From the IMG/VR virus record IMGVR_UViG_3300036715_001140, positions 64,001 through 128,000 of that record: a stretch of DNA of 64,000 nucleotides, one strand, 5' to 3'. Under the pieces are notes generated by a model that saw only the letters and a program-made list of their open reading frames with translations, was not told where the DNA came from and ran no database searches. Below, piece after piece: positions 10,591 to 21,921 of the stretch. The position numbers were made by a program, and so were the translations under genes. Position 1 is the first letter of the stretch. Each line of letters starts with the position of its first letter. The stretch comes from a virus.

Positions 10591-11208
10591 TTATAGTCTC
10601 CTGTTTCATCATAATACTGGTCTGGTTTATCAGCTACTCTGATACATACTTTATCTCCACTAATTATTTCTAGTTCATTATCAGTTATTGAAAATACCAT
10701 TGAGGGTGCATAAAAGATAAAGCTAACTATAACTTCTGTATCGGTAACATTTTGTACTTTTCCTAATCCTAATCGTTTATGCCAAACTAATAAATCCTTA
10801 ATTAAGCTCATTGCAGTCAACCTCCTTATAGTCTTCTGGATATAATGCAGCCTGTGCAACTATACAAATATAGTCTCTTTGTCTTTTTACATCTACTGAA
10901 CTGATAGTACATAAGATAATTAAATTTAGAGCTTTTCGCATACGCAAATTACTGTCTTCTATGTTTGCTATCTCTAAAATTTTATTTGATAAGTCCTCCT
11001 TTTGATTAGTGCTAGTACTCCACATTATATTCTCACTTTTCTAGGAGGCTTATTCTTAAATACCTCTTTAATATCTGGAGTTATATCATATTTCTTTAAT
11101 ATTTGATAAGGAATACTATTTAGAACTATATTAATATGTGCTCTTGCATCTGCATCATCTAATGCATTAAGATTTAATCTTAGGACTGCATTATACTCTG
11201 GTTTCATA

Positions 11209-11757
11209 TTAGTCCTCTTCTGTTTTAGAATTTTTAGTGAAGTATTCAGAAGATAAATTTTTAGCAATGTCTACTACAGATTTGGCATCAGAATTAAAAT
11301 AATAAGGATTAGATACTAAAGAACAAAGTAGATTTCTAGTAAAAAATTCTTTTTGTTCTTTGGAACTTGATAGCCTACTTTGCATATCATTTAAAGCTTC
11401 CTGTAGCATAATTCCTGCTTGTTTCAAATTGTTAATGTCTTTAGTCATAGACTCAATATTTAACCTAAGTTGTTTATTCTCCTGTTCATAAAAATCTTTT
11501 GAAGTTTTAAAACCTGCCTTGCACTCTGTACAATATACTTCATTTCCTAAGTTATGGACATTAAAGGATCTCGATCCACAAGTACAAGACATGATATTAA
11601 GTTTATTTAAAGCCCCATCATTAGATACTAAAGATTCATCTTTTGTATATCTAGCTTCAATTAATTCTTGAATTAACTGCATATCTTCTTTATGCAATAC
11701 TTCTGATTCTGACCATTTCTTAAATTCTTCTAAAGTAATATTAGATGGGTTGCTCAT
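11209..11757 (-). CDS. zinc-ribbon and coiled-coil hypothetical protein
   Basis: CTCGS...CTEC followed by heptad region. Confidence 0.6.
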   Translation of the reverse strand: MSNPSNITLEEFKKWSESEVLHKEDMQLIQELIEARYTKDESLVSNDGALNKLNIMSCTCGSRSFNVHNLGNEVYCTECKAGFKTSKDFYEQENKQLRLNIESMTKDINNLKQAGIMLQEALNDMQSRLSSSKEQKEFFTRNLLCSLVSNPYYFNSDAKSVVDIAKNLSSEYFTKNSKTEED

Positions 11758-12021
11758 TAGAATGCTCCTTTTTTGGCTATTCCTTCTTGGATTCTTTGTT
11801 CTAGTGTTCCTCTTCTTTTAGCTTATCCCATATACTATCCTTTTTAGTCCAAAATATAACTTTTTGCTAGAGGACAATCCTCTGGTATAATTATCTCACC
11901 ACGTTCATTTATACGGCTTTTGAAAGATCAACACCTTCATGACAATAGCTACCAATTTCATCTCGTCCAGTTGGATACTCAAGACACTCTTGACAATATT
12001 CTACTTGAGTTACACAGATTC

Positions 12022-12576
12022 TCATTTAGTATTCTCTATTACAGTAGGTATCTCTTTCCACTCTCCACCTCCACCATTACTGCTGTGCCATGCAAAGTAT
12101 CCTTGAAGTACTGTATATCCATCTAATGTTTTAAACAGTCTATAGTCCTCAGGCTTATTACTACAAATACGAATATCTCCTATACTACTTGCAATTTGTG
12201 TTGGATAACCTATTTGTGAGGTCACATTTGAAGAAGTGAAAATTGGTTTACCTTGTTCTGCTTCAATATAATTATGATAGTCAACTAAGTCCTCACTTGT
12301 TTTAAACCAAGTTTTTCCTTTTCTCCAAACACCTATACTTTTCTTTTTGGTGCTAGGATTGTTCACTTTCCATATTAGTAATGGAATACCTTCTAAATCT
12401 TGAGGAGGTTCTTTAACTGGAAGATTAATAACTACATCAATATGAGTATAAGTATATCCTAGCTGTTCTGCAGATTTTTCACTACAACAACAGTCACGTT
12501 CTCGTTCACTACAATAAATACAGTATCCATGTCCATCATTTATAAATTTTTTATACTTCATTATCCTCGTCATCAT
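12022..12576 (-). CDS. hypothetical protein
   Basis: ORF track; AGGAG RBS. Confidence 0.6.
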   Translation of the reverse strand: MMTRIMKYKKFINDGHGYCIYCSERERDCCCSEKSAEQLGYTYTHIDVVINLPVKEPPQDLEGIPLLIWKVNNPSTKKKSIGVWRKGKTWFKTSEDLVDYHNYIEAEQGKPIFTSSNVTSQIGYPTQIASSIGDIRICSNKPEDYRLFKTLDGYTVLQGYFAWHSSNGGGGEWKEIPTVIENTK

Positions 12577-12810
12577 AATAAAGTTCTCCTACTCTTCTTT
12601 TACATTAGGTAATTCTTTCCAATAAGAACCATAACTATATTGTTCACGCCAATTAAATAAGCCCTCTAAAACAAAGGTACCATCTTTTTCTCTTTAAGTC
12701 TATACTCTTTAGGTACAGTATCTCCTATCCTATAAGTACTTCCTGAAGTTAAAAAATTTGCTTTCAAAATTCTAAATTCTTTCTTCTGTATAACACCATC
12801 TGACATATAG

Positions 12811-13332
12811 TTATCCTTTATCTAATTTAGTTTCCCAAAAGTAATCTATCCAAATATTTGAGTCTACTTCATTTTTTGATACATTAATGATGTATGCATC
12901 TAGTTCTTTAGAAAGATCTTTAACAAAATTGGTTGATTTATGTAAGGTTATCCAACATATTACTTTTGGAGTTTTTGACTTTACCATGCGTAGATAACGT
13001 TTAGTTATTTCTACTAAAGTATCTCCAGTATCTAGTATATCATCTACTATAAACACTGTATCCAACTGAGGCATACCCAACATTGTAAATTCAGGTTTTC
13101 TTTGATTGTTAAACCACATTAGTGGTACAGGAGATGTTTTTGAATAGTAACTTACTAACCTATCGGTTAACATCTTTCCACCATTTTTTATTCCTACAAT
13201 TATGTTTGGATTAAGATTTAAACTATCTAAAGTCTTTATCAGATCTTCACAGTCTTTTTCAAAAGAAGCTGAGTCATAAAATAAGTGTTGTTGATTATCA
13301 GTAGAATTGTGTACAATCATTTTAGTATCCAT
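12811..13332 (-). CDS. type I phosphoribosyltransferase (Gpt-like)
   Basis: IVGIKNGG, PRPP-binding IVDDILDTGDTL, terminal WIDYFWE. Confidence 0.85.
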   Translation of the reverse strand: MDTKMIVHNSTDNQQHLFYDSASFEKDCEDLIKTLDSLNLNPNIIVGIKNGGKMLTDRLVSYYSKTSPVPLMWFNNQRKPEFTMLGMPQLDTVFIVDDILDTGDTLVEITKRYLRMVKSKTPKVICWITLHKSTNFVKDLSKELDAYIINVSKNEVDSNIWIDYFWETKLDKG

Positions 13333-13395
13333 CCCTTAGGCTCATGTAAAGTTTATATTTTAGTCTCTTGTATAAATCATATCTACTTCGATTTT

Positions 13396-13941
13396 TTAAA
13401 TTGGTACTTTTGGAACAATGTCTATGTCTACATTTATGTAATAGTTCGTGTGAGGTTTTATCAAACATGCACTAACGTACACTTTTTTAAGTGTTTCAGA
13501 ATACATAATCACTAGTTTATATGGAAATAAAAGGTGATACCATTTTAATGGGATATCTTTATTATCCACGATGTACGCATCTACTGGTTTAAAAATTTTA
13601 AAACCCTCAAGCAAGTCTGCAAACTGTGCCATCCATCTTTTAGGAAAATCAGGATATAGATCAAACCAGTCTAAACGTTCTCTAGTTGTATTACACTTTG
13701 TAGCAGATGATATTGTTTTACTTTCCAATAAACGTTCAATATAGCTATCACAGCAATCAGACATTTGAGGCTCTATTGGTTCTTGGGAGTCACCAGATAT
13801 TCGATTTAAATTAGTATCATCTACTATTTTAGATCTAATTGTATCTATCACCCTCTTCTTATATGTTGGACTTTCAACTTTTAAAGTTTTATTTCCCCAT
13901 ACCAATATACCAGAGTCTTTTACAGTAAATTTCTCGGACAT
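13396..13941 (-). CDS. hypothetical protein
   Basis: ORF track; AGGAG RBS. Confidence 0.6.
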   Translation of the reverse strand: MSEKFTVKDSGILVWGNKTLKVESPTYKKRVIDTIRSKIVDDTNLNRISGDSQEPIEPQMSDCCDSYIERLLESKTISSATKCNTTRERLDWFDLYPDFPKRWMAQFADLLEGFKIFKPVDAYIVDNKDIPLKWYHLLFPYKLVIMYSETLKKVYVSACLIKPHTNYYINVDIDIVPKVPI

Positions 13942-14039
13942 AATTTTTTCTCCTAATCCTTACATTCGCCTAGCATCTGGATTATATAGTATGATTTATA
14001 ATCAGACAGCCATTTATATAATGAGTCTAATCATTGTTT

Positions 14040-14159
14040 TCATTCTTTATCAAAAAGCCATAACTGTATCCTTGCACCAATAGACAGCCTACTACAAGTT
14101 GACCTATTAGCAATATCTTCTGTTATCTTAATAAAATGCTCATCCCATGTTGGTCGCAT
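14040..14159 (-). pseudogene. dCMP deaminase N-terminal remnant
   Basis: 39-aa ORF MRPTWDEHFIKITEDIANRSTCSRLSIGA... matches the dCMP deaminase/ComEB start, then diverges and stops; no HAE or PCxxC. Confidence 0.7.
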
Positions 14160-14164
14160 ATTTA

Positions 14165-14422
14165 TCACCATTCAATACAATAGTTTTTCATGTTTACTAA
14201 AGAACAAGTGCTACCACTACGGGTAATTACATATCCCAAATTCGTTAATGTATCTACTTCTGTTTGGGTCATAGTTCTTTCTATTCTTCGTAGTCCATTA
14301 GCACAAGCTTCTCTGATTTCTTTATATACATAAAGATTATCATTGACAATTGATCTTGCTTGTTCCGCAGTTAAAGGTCGTAAATTATTAGAATCATTTG
14401 AAGCAAGTGGTTTATCACACAT
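14165..14422 (-). CDS. hypothetical protein
   Basis: ORF track. Confidence 0.55.
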   Translation of the reverse strand: MCDKPLASNDSNNLRPLTAEQARSIVNDNLYVYKEIREACANGLRRIERTMTQTEVDTLTNLGYVITRSGSTCSLVNMKNYCIEW

Positions 14423-14544
14423 ATTTATTTATCCTCTACTTTGCTTAAAGTTATTCCCATATTAATAATGCTTCCACCAAAAGTCTCTGATAAAATATTT
14501 GTATTATTTGTAATAGGTTTACTCATATTAGTATCTAAAGGATA

Positions 14545-15528
14545 CTAAGGAATATGTGGATTAGTTTTTGATTTAATTACGGCATAAACAAAGGTTGGAA
14601 TTGGTTCAGTTCTTACAGGTAATGAAGGTTCAGAAAGTTTAATCCTGTCTATTAAATCTTGTCTGTTTATTGGAGTCTCCATACACTTAGTAATATCTTT
14701 ACAGCATACAAATTCTTTGCATCTAAACTCCGAAAAATTATATACCCAATTATCCTCTAATGACTTTTGTAGAATGTTTCCTATTATAGGGAGTTCTCTA
14801 TAATAGCTTCTCATTGATAAACATGGTACAATATCTCCATTAGCTAAAATACCAATAGACTTTAATCCAGCAGTACACGGTCCGCTATTCATATTATCTG
14901 CACATATAATAGTAGCTTTAGAAGTATAGACATATTGCATCAACAACTTCTGCGCTTCTTCATTTTGATATACCGCATTTTCAGATTTATCTTCATCCTC
15001 ATACATAGTGTACTGTATTTGCCATGTCAAGTTATTAGCTAATACAAATTCTTCAATCTTCTTAAATTGAAAAATATTTTTAATATTAAAGTTTGAAATA
15101 ATGGTACATTTATAAATTAAAGATTTAAAACACTTTGTAGTTTTAAATCTTTTAAGTTCAGCCAGAGTATTTATTGATACTCCAATCCAATCGTATAGTT
15201 CTAAAACACTTTGACTATCATCCATACTACAAGTGTTATAGGTACAAATGTTATAAGGATTAATAAGTATCTTACATACTACATCTTTTTGCTCTAACTT
15301 ATTGATCAAGTGTTCATGGCTTATATATGGTACTATAAGAGGATTACCTCCAGAAATACTAATTTCTTTGGGAGGATAATCGTATATAGCATCAACAATA
15401 CTGGCAATAGATTCTTTATCTATCTTAGTTTTGTTTAAAGAATCTTTTGATCCGCAGTAAGTACAACCTGCTTCACAATTATCAGTTATCTCCCAAATAA
15501 TTTCTTCTAGTTTAATGTGAGATTTCAT
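14545..15528 (-). CDS. radical SAM protein with SPASM/twitch-like C-terminus
   Basis: WEITDNCEAGCTYC (CxxxCxxC), SGGNP, CTAG...ILANGDIVPC. Confidence 0.9.
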   Translation of the reverse strand: MKSHIKLEEIIWEITDNCEAGCTYCGSKDSLNKTKIDKESIASIVDAIYDYPPKEISISGGNPLIVPYISHEHLINKLEQKDVVCKILINPYNICTYNTCSMDDSQSVLELYDWIGVSINTLAELKRFKTTKCFKSLIYKCTIISNFNIKNIFQFKKIEEFVLANNLTWQIQYTMYEDEDKSENAVYQNEEAQKLLMQYVYTSKATIICADNMNSGPCTAGLKSIGILANGDIVPCLSMRSYYRELPIIGNILQKSLEDNWVYNFSEFRCKEFVCCKDITKCMETPINRQDLIDRIKLSEPSLPVRTEPIPTFVYAVIKSKTNPHIP

Positions 15529-16081
15529 GTTGTCTCCAGTTGTTCTCTAGTCATTTCAACTTGTTGTTTATTGTCTTTAAACCAAATGATATTTTCTTCA
15601 TCTACGAACATCAATTTGACGTTTGCTATGTTTATCCATATACTAGAATAATGCGTAGTGGTATCTACTTCCTGAATAAGTATTCAGGCTTTCACTAAAT
15701 GTTCCTCGAGCACTATAACTCCTTTAACGGCGCTGTCTCTTTCTTCAAAATACGTGTAGATCACGTTACCTATCTTATTTCCATCTTGGTCCAAAAAATG
15801 GAATGTTATCTGAAATCTTAAGACCCTCTGAGGAGAATATCTCTCCATTTTGATTACACTTATTCATGTTTAAGATAGGAACTGTTATTTGCATATTGAA
15901 CACTTACCTTTTAGTATGACTACCTTTTTGTATTAAATGAAAAATCTCTGAACTTCATTCTATCTAATTCTTTATGAACCTTTGGATCAAGAACAACTAG
16001 AGTATCATCAGGCATCTTGTGGTGAATACCTCACTTCTCTCTTTATCTGTAATGGAAATAGTTTTATTAACATGTTTGTTC

Positions 16082-16094
16082 TATTTACAGTTTT
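16082..16094 (-). promoter_or_regulatory. putative phage promoter motif AAAACTGTAAATA
   Basis: copy of recurrent motif in intergenic DNA. Confidence 0.45.
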
Positions 16095-16765
16095 GACCTA
16101 CCTCATAATACTACACGTTTATTTGTAAGAATATCTTAGGACTTACAGTAACATACGCAGTTCTTTTGTGACTTAGAGAACATGCGACAGAATACTTTTG
16201 GGTTATGATTTAGTGGAAGTTTATAGATACAGGTGTAGCAAGTATTACTATTACTCCACCAAACCTTGAGCCTATTTACCTGTTCTATATGCTTTTGATA
16301 CAAGCTCTTCATGGTTAATCCTTAAATTATTTCTGTCCAATAGTCATAAATAATATCCATAGAGGTTTCTAACTGATTTATTAGTGTGCATGGTTTAGTA
16401 TTTATGTCAAAAGGTTTTATCCATAATCCAAAATAACGTCGTCCATGTAGATCTGCATCTACTTTACGCTCAGTAGTTCTCTTTCTTATATTTTTGAATC
16501 CGGCATGTTTTAAAACAGTAACTATGTCACTCTGTGTCATAATAGCCTCTATTGATTTGATGAAAAGCTTCCTGTTTAAACCAGGATCTTTTAACAATAT
16601 TACGAGAGGCAATTAAGGTATTACCTAAACCTCGTCTGCCCATCTGTTCACCTTTATGATAAAAATGAACAGTATTATTTATGGCATCTTGCTCAGGTAT
16701 TCCTTGCTCTATTTGAAGTAATAAATAGTCTTCCCAATTATATGGTAGCAGTATCTTATTCATAT

Positions 16766-17185
16766 TTATCCCAATCCAAAATTACAAGTACATTCAATCC
16801 CTATATCTTGTGGTTTATCACAAGTTACATAGCATATATATCCACCTTGTTCTACAAGTCTATACCATTGACACTCTTCACAATAATAAACAAATGGACC
16901 TTCGTGTATTTCTTCAATTAATGCGTACTCATTGGTTTTACCTTCAGATATATCACCAGCATCTTCTTTTACCCATCTATCTGCTTGTTCAAAAGACATT
17001 GAAAAGCCATGAGCTCTATGTTTTACTTCATTATAATAATGTATACCCATAAATAGCAAATGTCTTAACGACCCGATTCCATATCCAGGTTTACTAAATA
17101 GCTTAAGAAGCTTATAAAGAATACCCCATTGCTTATTTTTATACTTTCTTGTATCAAATGTGGATATAACAAATATAGAGTTCAT
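16766..17185 (-). CDS. hypothetical phage protein
   Basis: ORF track; DISE...YALIEEIHEG...NFGLG pattern. Confidence 0.6.
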   Translation of the reverse strand: MNSIFVISTFDTRKYKNKQWGILYKLLKLFSKPGYGIGSLRHLLFMGIHYYNEVKHRAHGFSMSFEQADRWVKEDAGDISEGKTNEYALIEEIHEGPFVYYCEECQWYRLVEQGGYICYVTCDKPQDIGIECTCNFGLG

Positions 17186-17187
17186 GA

Positions 17188-17799
17188 TTAGTTCTTTGTA
17201 GACAATGATTTAAACTGATCACAGTATTTGCCATTAAAATCCTTGAATAGCTCACACCAGTTGTTTAACTTGTTATTAAATTTTCGCCATTCACAATTAT
17301 CACACATATCAAAATGATGTTCTACAAAGAGAGTAGGATCATAAAAATAAGCATAAGTCTTTGAAGCCTTATATCCTTCTTTTGTAATAAGAAAATCTAT
17401 ACTTTCTTTTAACTTATCAAATGCTCTTGTACAAACATCGAAGCGAATTGGACAGTTTGTCCATTTATCAAATAGCTTACAGTGGTCAATAACCAGATGT
17501 TGGTTAATATAGGAATAGCAATCCTTACTCTTTGTACTGTATCCACCTTGTAGTTTACTTGTCTTAATACTTAAAAACAAACTATTTTTATATCTATGAA
17601 CAGAATATTTGATAGAATGCTGACGTAAAAAATTTGTAATTAAAAGCCACTTCTCTTGTTGTTCATTGTCTAGTTGTACAAATTCTTTATTTAACCCAAT
17701 TGGAAACACTCTATACTCATTATCATTAGTCCAAACTTTTGTCCAATATTTCTTATCACTGTAAGTTTGAAAGCATTTAATACCTTTTTTGTTAATCAT
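17188..17799 (-). CDS. hypothetical protein with Cys-rich C-terminus
   Basis: ORF track. Confidence 0.6.
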   Translation of the reverse strand: MINKKGIKCFQTYSDKKYWTKVWTNDNEYRVFPIGLNKEFVQLDNEQQEKWLLITNFLRQHSIKYSVHRYKNSLFLSIKTSKLQGGYSTKSKDCYSYINQHLVIDHCKLFDKWTNCPIRFDVCTRAFDKLKESIDFLITKEGYKASKTYAYFYDPTLFVEHHFDMCDNCEWRKFNNKLNNWCELFKDFNGKYCDQFKSLSTKN

Positions 17800-18744
17800 T
17801 TATCTATCCTTTCTATAGCCTAAGTACACAACAAGATTTATCATCTACACCTTTCATTAGCTTTAAGCATTTAGGACAATATGACCCAATTAGTTCTACA
17901 GGATAGGTAAATACCTGCTGTCTATACATACCTTCCCATTCACAATGTGGATATTTAACTTTTTTCTCTCCGCAATACTATATTATCTCAGTTATTATTT
18001 TCTAACCTTTCAATACGAAAGTTTAAGTTTTCTTCTAGTCTTTCTACTTCACAAGATAGTCTACCTATGGTTTTAATAAAGATCATGGACTCAACTTGTT
18101 TCATTTTATACATTAATTGACACAAGTGCTGTATACTTTCATTATCTAAATCCTTTGCTTCGAGATCAGATAAAAACTGTATTACCTTTAATACTTTATT
18201 CTGACTCATGCTTTTACTTCCTTCCATAGTAAAATCTGGTCTAAAGTCAACATACTAAACTTTTCAAGTGTTTCATAATTATAGATGATAGCAACAGTAT
18301 GTAAGTCTAAAGGACCCACATGAGATAAACTAGCAGTCTTGCCTTTAACTTTTTCACCAAGCTTAGTTATCACAGAAATAGGTATTCCGAAAGGAGGAAT
18401 CGTTCCATCTAAAGTATGTATCTCTTTATACCCATCTCGTATAGCCTCTAGTATGATGTCCTCAATTTCATCGGTAAGTAATTCTTCTATCATAGCTAAC
18501 CTCTTCTAGCTCAAATGTATAAAATCCTCTATATGATATTCCTTTTCATAATACCAAAATTCACACCATTTAAAACGATTATAAATTTGTAACCAATAGC
18601 GTTGGTAGCGTTCTTTATCTGCATCTTCAAATGTATTATCATAAGTGTTTCTATGGTATATATCTATAAGTGCTTTATTATAGACTTTTCTACGTTCTGC
18701 TCCTATTTTACTCATTTTATATACCTCTGCGATTATAATAATCA

Positions 18745-19125
18745 CTAACTAACTAACCTTGTCCAAGTACCTTTAGTGCCTATATAATCATCCATAGTAT
18801 CCTCCACTCTAGCAAGAATAAATTCTTTATCAGAAATAGGTGGAGTGGGCAGATTACTTTCAGTACATACTTTAATGTTACCTTTATATTCTCCATCATA
18901 AAAAGCTTTTACTCTATTTTCACTATTTTTATTTTCTGATACTATTGCTAATAGATCTTCATACTCTTTATCTCTGTTAGCTTCATTATCATAAATCCAA
19001 GTTAGCCTATAATTTTCAAATGCAAATAGTATTACTGGTTTTTCATTCTCTTTTATTTTACGGAAAAATTGACATTGTGCTAAGTTAATTGCACTATTTC
19101 CTGATCTGCTTGTAACATAATACAT
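18745..19125 (-). CDS. hypothetical protein
   Basis: ORF track; AGGAG RBS. Confidence 0.55.
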   Translation of the reverse strand: MYYVTSRSGNSAINLAQCQFFRKIKENEKPVILFAFENYRLTWIYDNEANRDKEYEDLLAIVSENKNSENRVKAFYDGEYKGNIKVCTESNLPTPPISDKEFILARVEDTMDDYIGTKGTWTRLVS

Positions 19126-19135
19126 AATTATTCTC

Positions 19136-19483
19136 CTAGACTTTAAGTTTTCGTTCTTTGTCTATATGTAAAACTAAATTTGGGAAAGATTTATGTAGAT
19201 AAGAATCTAACCACATTAGGTACATTTCATACATAGTATCTTGATCTTCTTCTAAGAAGGCTTTATAAAAGATCTGCCGTTCTTCGATAGAAGCAAGCTC
19301 TCCACCACAGCAAGAAAAATCTGGACAACACTCGCCTCCTTCTAATTTAAAAGGACCTTCCTTATCTCCAAATCCATCAATAATAGAATAAAGGTTATTA
19401 TTATTATGAATTGATTTACCATTTAACCACTTTTCAAGTTGTTCTTTTGTAGTCATCTTAATCACCAGTCTTAATCCGTTCAT
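19136..19483 (-). CDS. hypothetical phage protein with ECCPDFSCC motif
   Basis: ORF track; true start probably the internal MTTKEQ. Confidence 0.55.
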   Translation of the reverse strand: MNGLRLVIKMTTKEQLEKWLNGKSIHNNNNLYSIIDGFGDKEGPFKLEGGECCPDFSCCGGELASIEERQIFYKAFLEEDQDTMYEMYLMWLDSYLHKSFPNLVLHIDKERKLKV

Positions 19484-19865
19484 AATAAGGATATTCAGGT
19501 ACTGTATATATTACTTCTCTTATTCCTAATTCACGTATCATCCACATACACTGATCGCAAGGTTTAGCTAATGCTAAGTCATTATTCTTTTTAACTCGCA
19601 AAATAAATAAGGTTTTACCTTTAACTATTTCCTTATCCAGTTTTCTTAAACAGTCTCGTTCTGCATGTAAGGTTTCTTCAAACTTTGCATATTTATTTCC
19701 ACGGCCACAATAACGAATTTGATTATATCCTGTAGATAATACTTTTCGTTTGTTACAACAAACTGAACCTAACCTTTGTTGGTAATCACTTTTTTGTGCT
19801 TCATTGTAAGCAGTAAGAAATTGAGGATACTTAGCTACTAATATTGCAAGTTTATTTGTATTCAT
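19458..19865 (-). CDS. Zn-dependent cytidine/dCMP deaminase-family protein
   Basis: STGYN, LHAE, AKPCDQC motifs. Confidence 0.85.
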   Translation of the reverse strand: MNTNKLAILVAKYPQFLTAYNEAQKSDYQQRLGSVCCNKRKVLSTGYNQIRYCGRGNKYAKFEETLHAERDCLRKLDKEIVKGKTLFILRVKKNNDLALAKPCDQCMWMIRELGIREVIYTVPEYPYYERIKTGD

Positions 19866-19869
19866 AATA

Positions 19870-20622
19870 TTACTCGTCTAGTTTTAAAAGATCTATATGA
19901 AGAGGAACCGAAATTCTATTTCTAACTAGTTCATCCTCTAGTTCTTCTTTAGTATATTGTACACAAAATTCAAAAGATACTTCTGGATTAAGAATATAAT
20001 CAATTAGCTGCTGTTCATTAGTTATCAAGGTACTAATAATATTACAACATCTCCTAAGTTGTCTAACTCCATGAGCATCGGAATTACATACTCGTTTTAG
20101 TTTAAATCTTTCATAAGGATCTTTTGATCTAAATACCTGTCTACGATTATGTATAAATTCATATCCATCAATAACTAAATGACCTAGTTTAGATATGAAC
20201 CTCTTGGCATTCATTGGATGACATAGAATAATAGCACAATCATAATTATGCCTTGATCTGACATAAGCTAAATCATTTACACCAATAGAACCTTTTTCTT
20301 CTCTTATTCTAAATATATCTCTTATAGCTTCTGTTCCAAATACAAGTACTTCCTCGTAACCTTTTACTGAAAGTTCTATTCCATTTATAATTGGATAATT
20401 CAAGTCTATAGAAACATTATGAGATTCAAGAATTTGTCTATTAAAGGATTGAGGAGTCAAACTGTATTCTGGATAAGTTTTACCTTCACTCTTAGAGTAT
20501 AAATGGTCAGTAATTACTAAACAAGAGTGATTGAGTTCTTTACATGCGATAGCAAGTTCTCTAATAGTATTAGAGCCATCACTAAAATCACTATGAGTGT
20601 GAAGATTTATTTTATAATACAT
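19870..20622 (-). CDS. PHP-domain phosphoesterase
   Basis: NLHTHSDFSDG, ITDH, GIE, HP, NSDAH. Confidence 0.9.
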   Translation of the reverse strand: MYYKINLHTHSDFSDGSNTIRELAIACKELNHSCLVITDHLYSKSEGKTYPEYSLTPQSFNRQILESHNVSIDLNYPIINGIELSVKGYEEVLVFGTEAIRDIFRIREEKGSIGVNDLAYVRSRHNYDCAIILCHPMNAKRFISKLGHLVIDGYEFIHNRRQVFRSKDPYERFKLKRVCNSDAHGVRQLRRCCNIISTLITNEQQLIDYILNPEVSFEFCVQYTKEELEDELVRNRISVPLHIDLLKLDE

Positions 20623-20679
20623 CTCTTTTTATCTTATCTTCGCTTCATAGTCATATTTAAAATCTATTTTCTCTTTCAT

Positions 20680-21135
20680 TTAATTTTCCTTTAAATATTC
20701 ATAAATAGCACTAGCAAATCTATCTGGATTTACATATTTTATATCTATAGCAATATGAGTATAATGGCTTGCTTGACAATGTTTTATCAAAAACTGTTCC
20801 CACCAACTTTGTTCTTTTGCCCAATCCAAAAGTTTAAAGAAACCTTCAGGTGTAGAAAAATCAATAAAATAAAAAGTACCATTTTGCCTTCCTATAGTAT
20901 TGGCATGTTCAACAAACCCTTCAGCTACTCTAGCTGCTACTTTTTTTGAGAGTTCTTTATAACCTTGTCTGTATACTAAACCACATTTTGAACAAAATAC
21001 TTTCCAATCACAACCAATTAAGGAATTATTTTCACTTGAAGTATACTCTTTACCTACTTCAGAAATAAAATTATGCCAGCATTCATTAATTGCTTCTGTT
21101 AGAAACTTATTCTGTTCTAATCTTAACACTTTCAT
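20680..21135 (-). CDS. hypothetical phage protein
   Basis: ORF track; RBS. Confidence 0.6.
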   Translation of the reverse strand: MKVLRLEQNKFLTEAINECWHNFISEVGKEYTSSENNSLIGCDWKVFCSKCGLVYRQGYKELSKKVAARVAEGFVEHANTIGRQNGTFYFIDFSTPEGFFKLLDWAKEQSWWEQFLIKHCQASHYTHIAIDIKYVNPDRFASAIYEYLKEN

Positions 21136-21273
21136 ATCTTGTTCCTTTAAGTAATATAAAGAGTATCTACTGCTTTAGCTTCTTCAGGATGCTCAGAAAT
21201 AATGTTAGATGTTTAACCATTACATAGATATGCCTATCTATTTTTGATCTAAATGAAATAAATTCAAATATAT

Positions 21274-21921
21274 CTATGCATCCAGTAGCTTAACTTCATC
21301 AGTATTCTCAGAAATTAAATAAAATGGTCTACGTGTTCCTGTAGTTAAGTATTCCGCAGCTTTAAGAGCCATCAGTATCTTGTCTTCTGCATAAAGCTTT
21401 ACTCTTCTAGGTTTCTCATCAAATTCGTAAGAGTATAAAACTCCTCTTGCTACGTCATCACCAGATCCAATAGCATGACCCCAATTTTCACAGTCAATAA
21501 CAGAAAGATTACAGCATATCTCGTAAATCTGTCCATTATAGCCTATGATAATATCTGCATCCATTTCAGGTTCTTCATTCTCATGTTTTAATAAGTTATA
21601 TCGAGATAAAGTCTTTTGTAGGAAAGGAACGAAGGTACAACGGAGATAACTAGAAAATTGTGTATTAATATCTAAAGCAACTGTAGCAGTAGTAGGCTTA
21701 AATGATAAGAAATTAGGTAAAGTATTCTCAATCTCCTGTGCATAAGATTCATAAAAAAGTGTATCAGCTACTCGTCCTGAACCTGTTACTCCAATTACCA
21801 TTTGGCTAAGTTTAGCAATCTTTGCGTTGTTTCCGGTAATTCGTGTACTTCTATTTTGATATAATGAATCTGCACCCATTGATACTATTCCATTTTCTAC
21901 AACAGCTACAATTGTTGACAT
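21274..21921 (-). CDS. HslV/proteasome-beta-like Ntn hydrolase
   Basis: MSTIVAV...MGADS...KI...GVTGS...AIGSG. Confidence 0.8.
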   Translation of the reverse strand: MSTIVAVVENGIVSMGADSLYQNRSTRITGNNAKIAKLSQMVIGVTGSGRVADTLFYESYAQEIENTLPNFLSFKPTTATVALDINTQFSSYLRCTFVPFLQKTLSRYNLLKHENEEPEMDADIIIGYNGQIYEICCNLSVIDCENWGHAIGSGDDVARGVLYSYEFDEKPRRVKLYAEDKILMALKAAEYLTTGTRRPFYLISENTDEVKLLDA

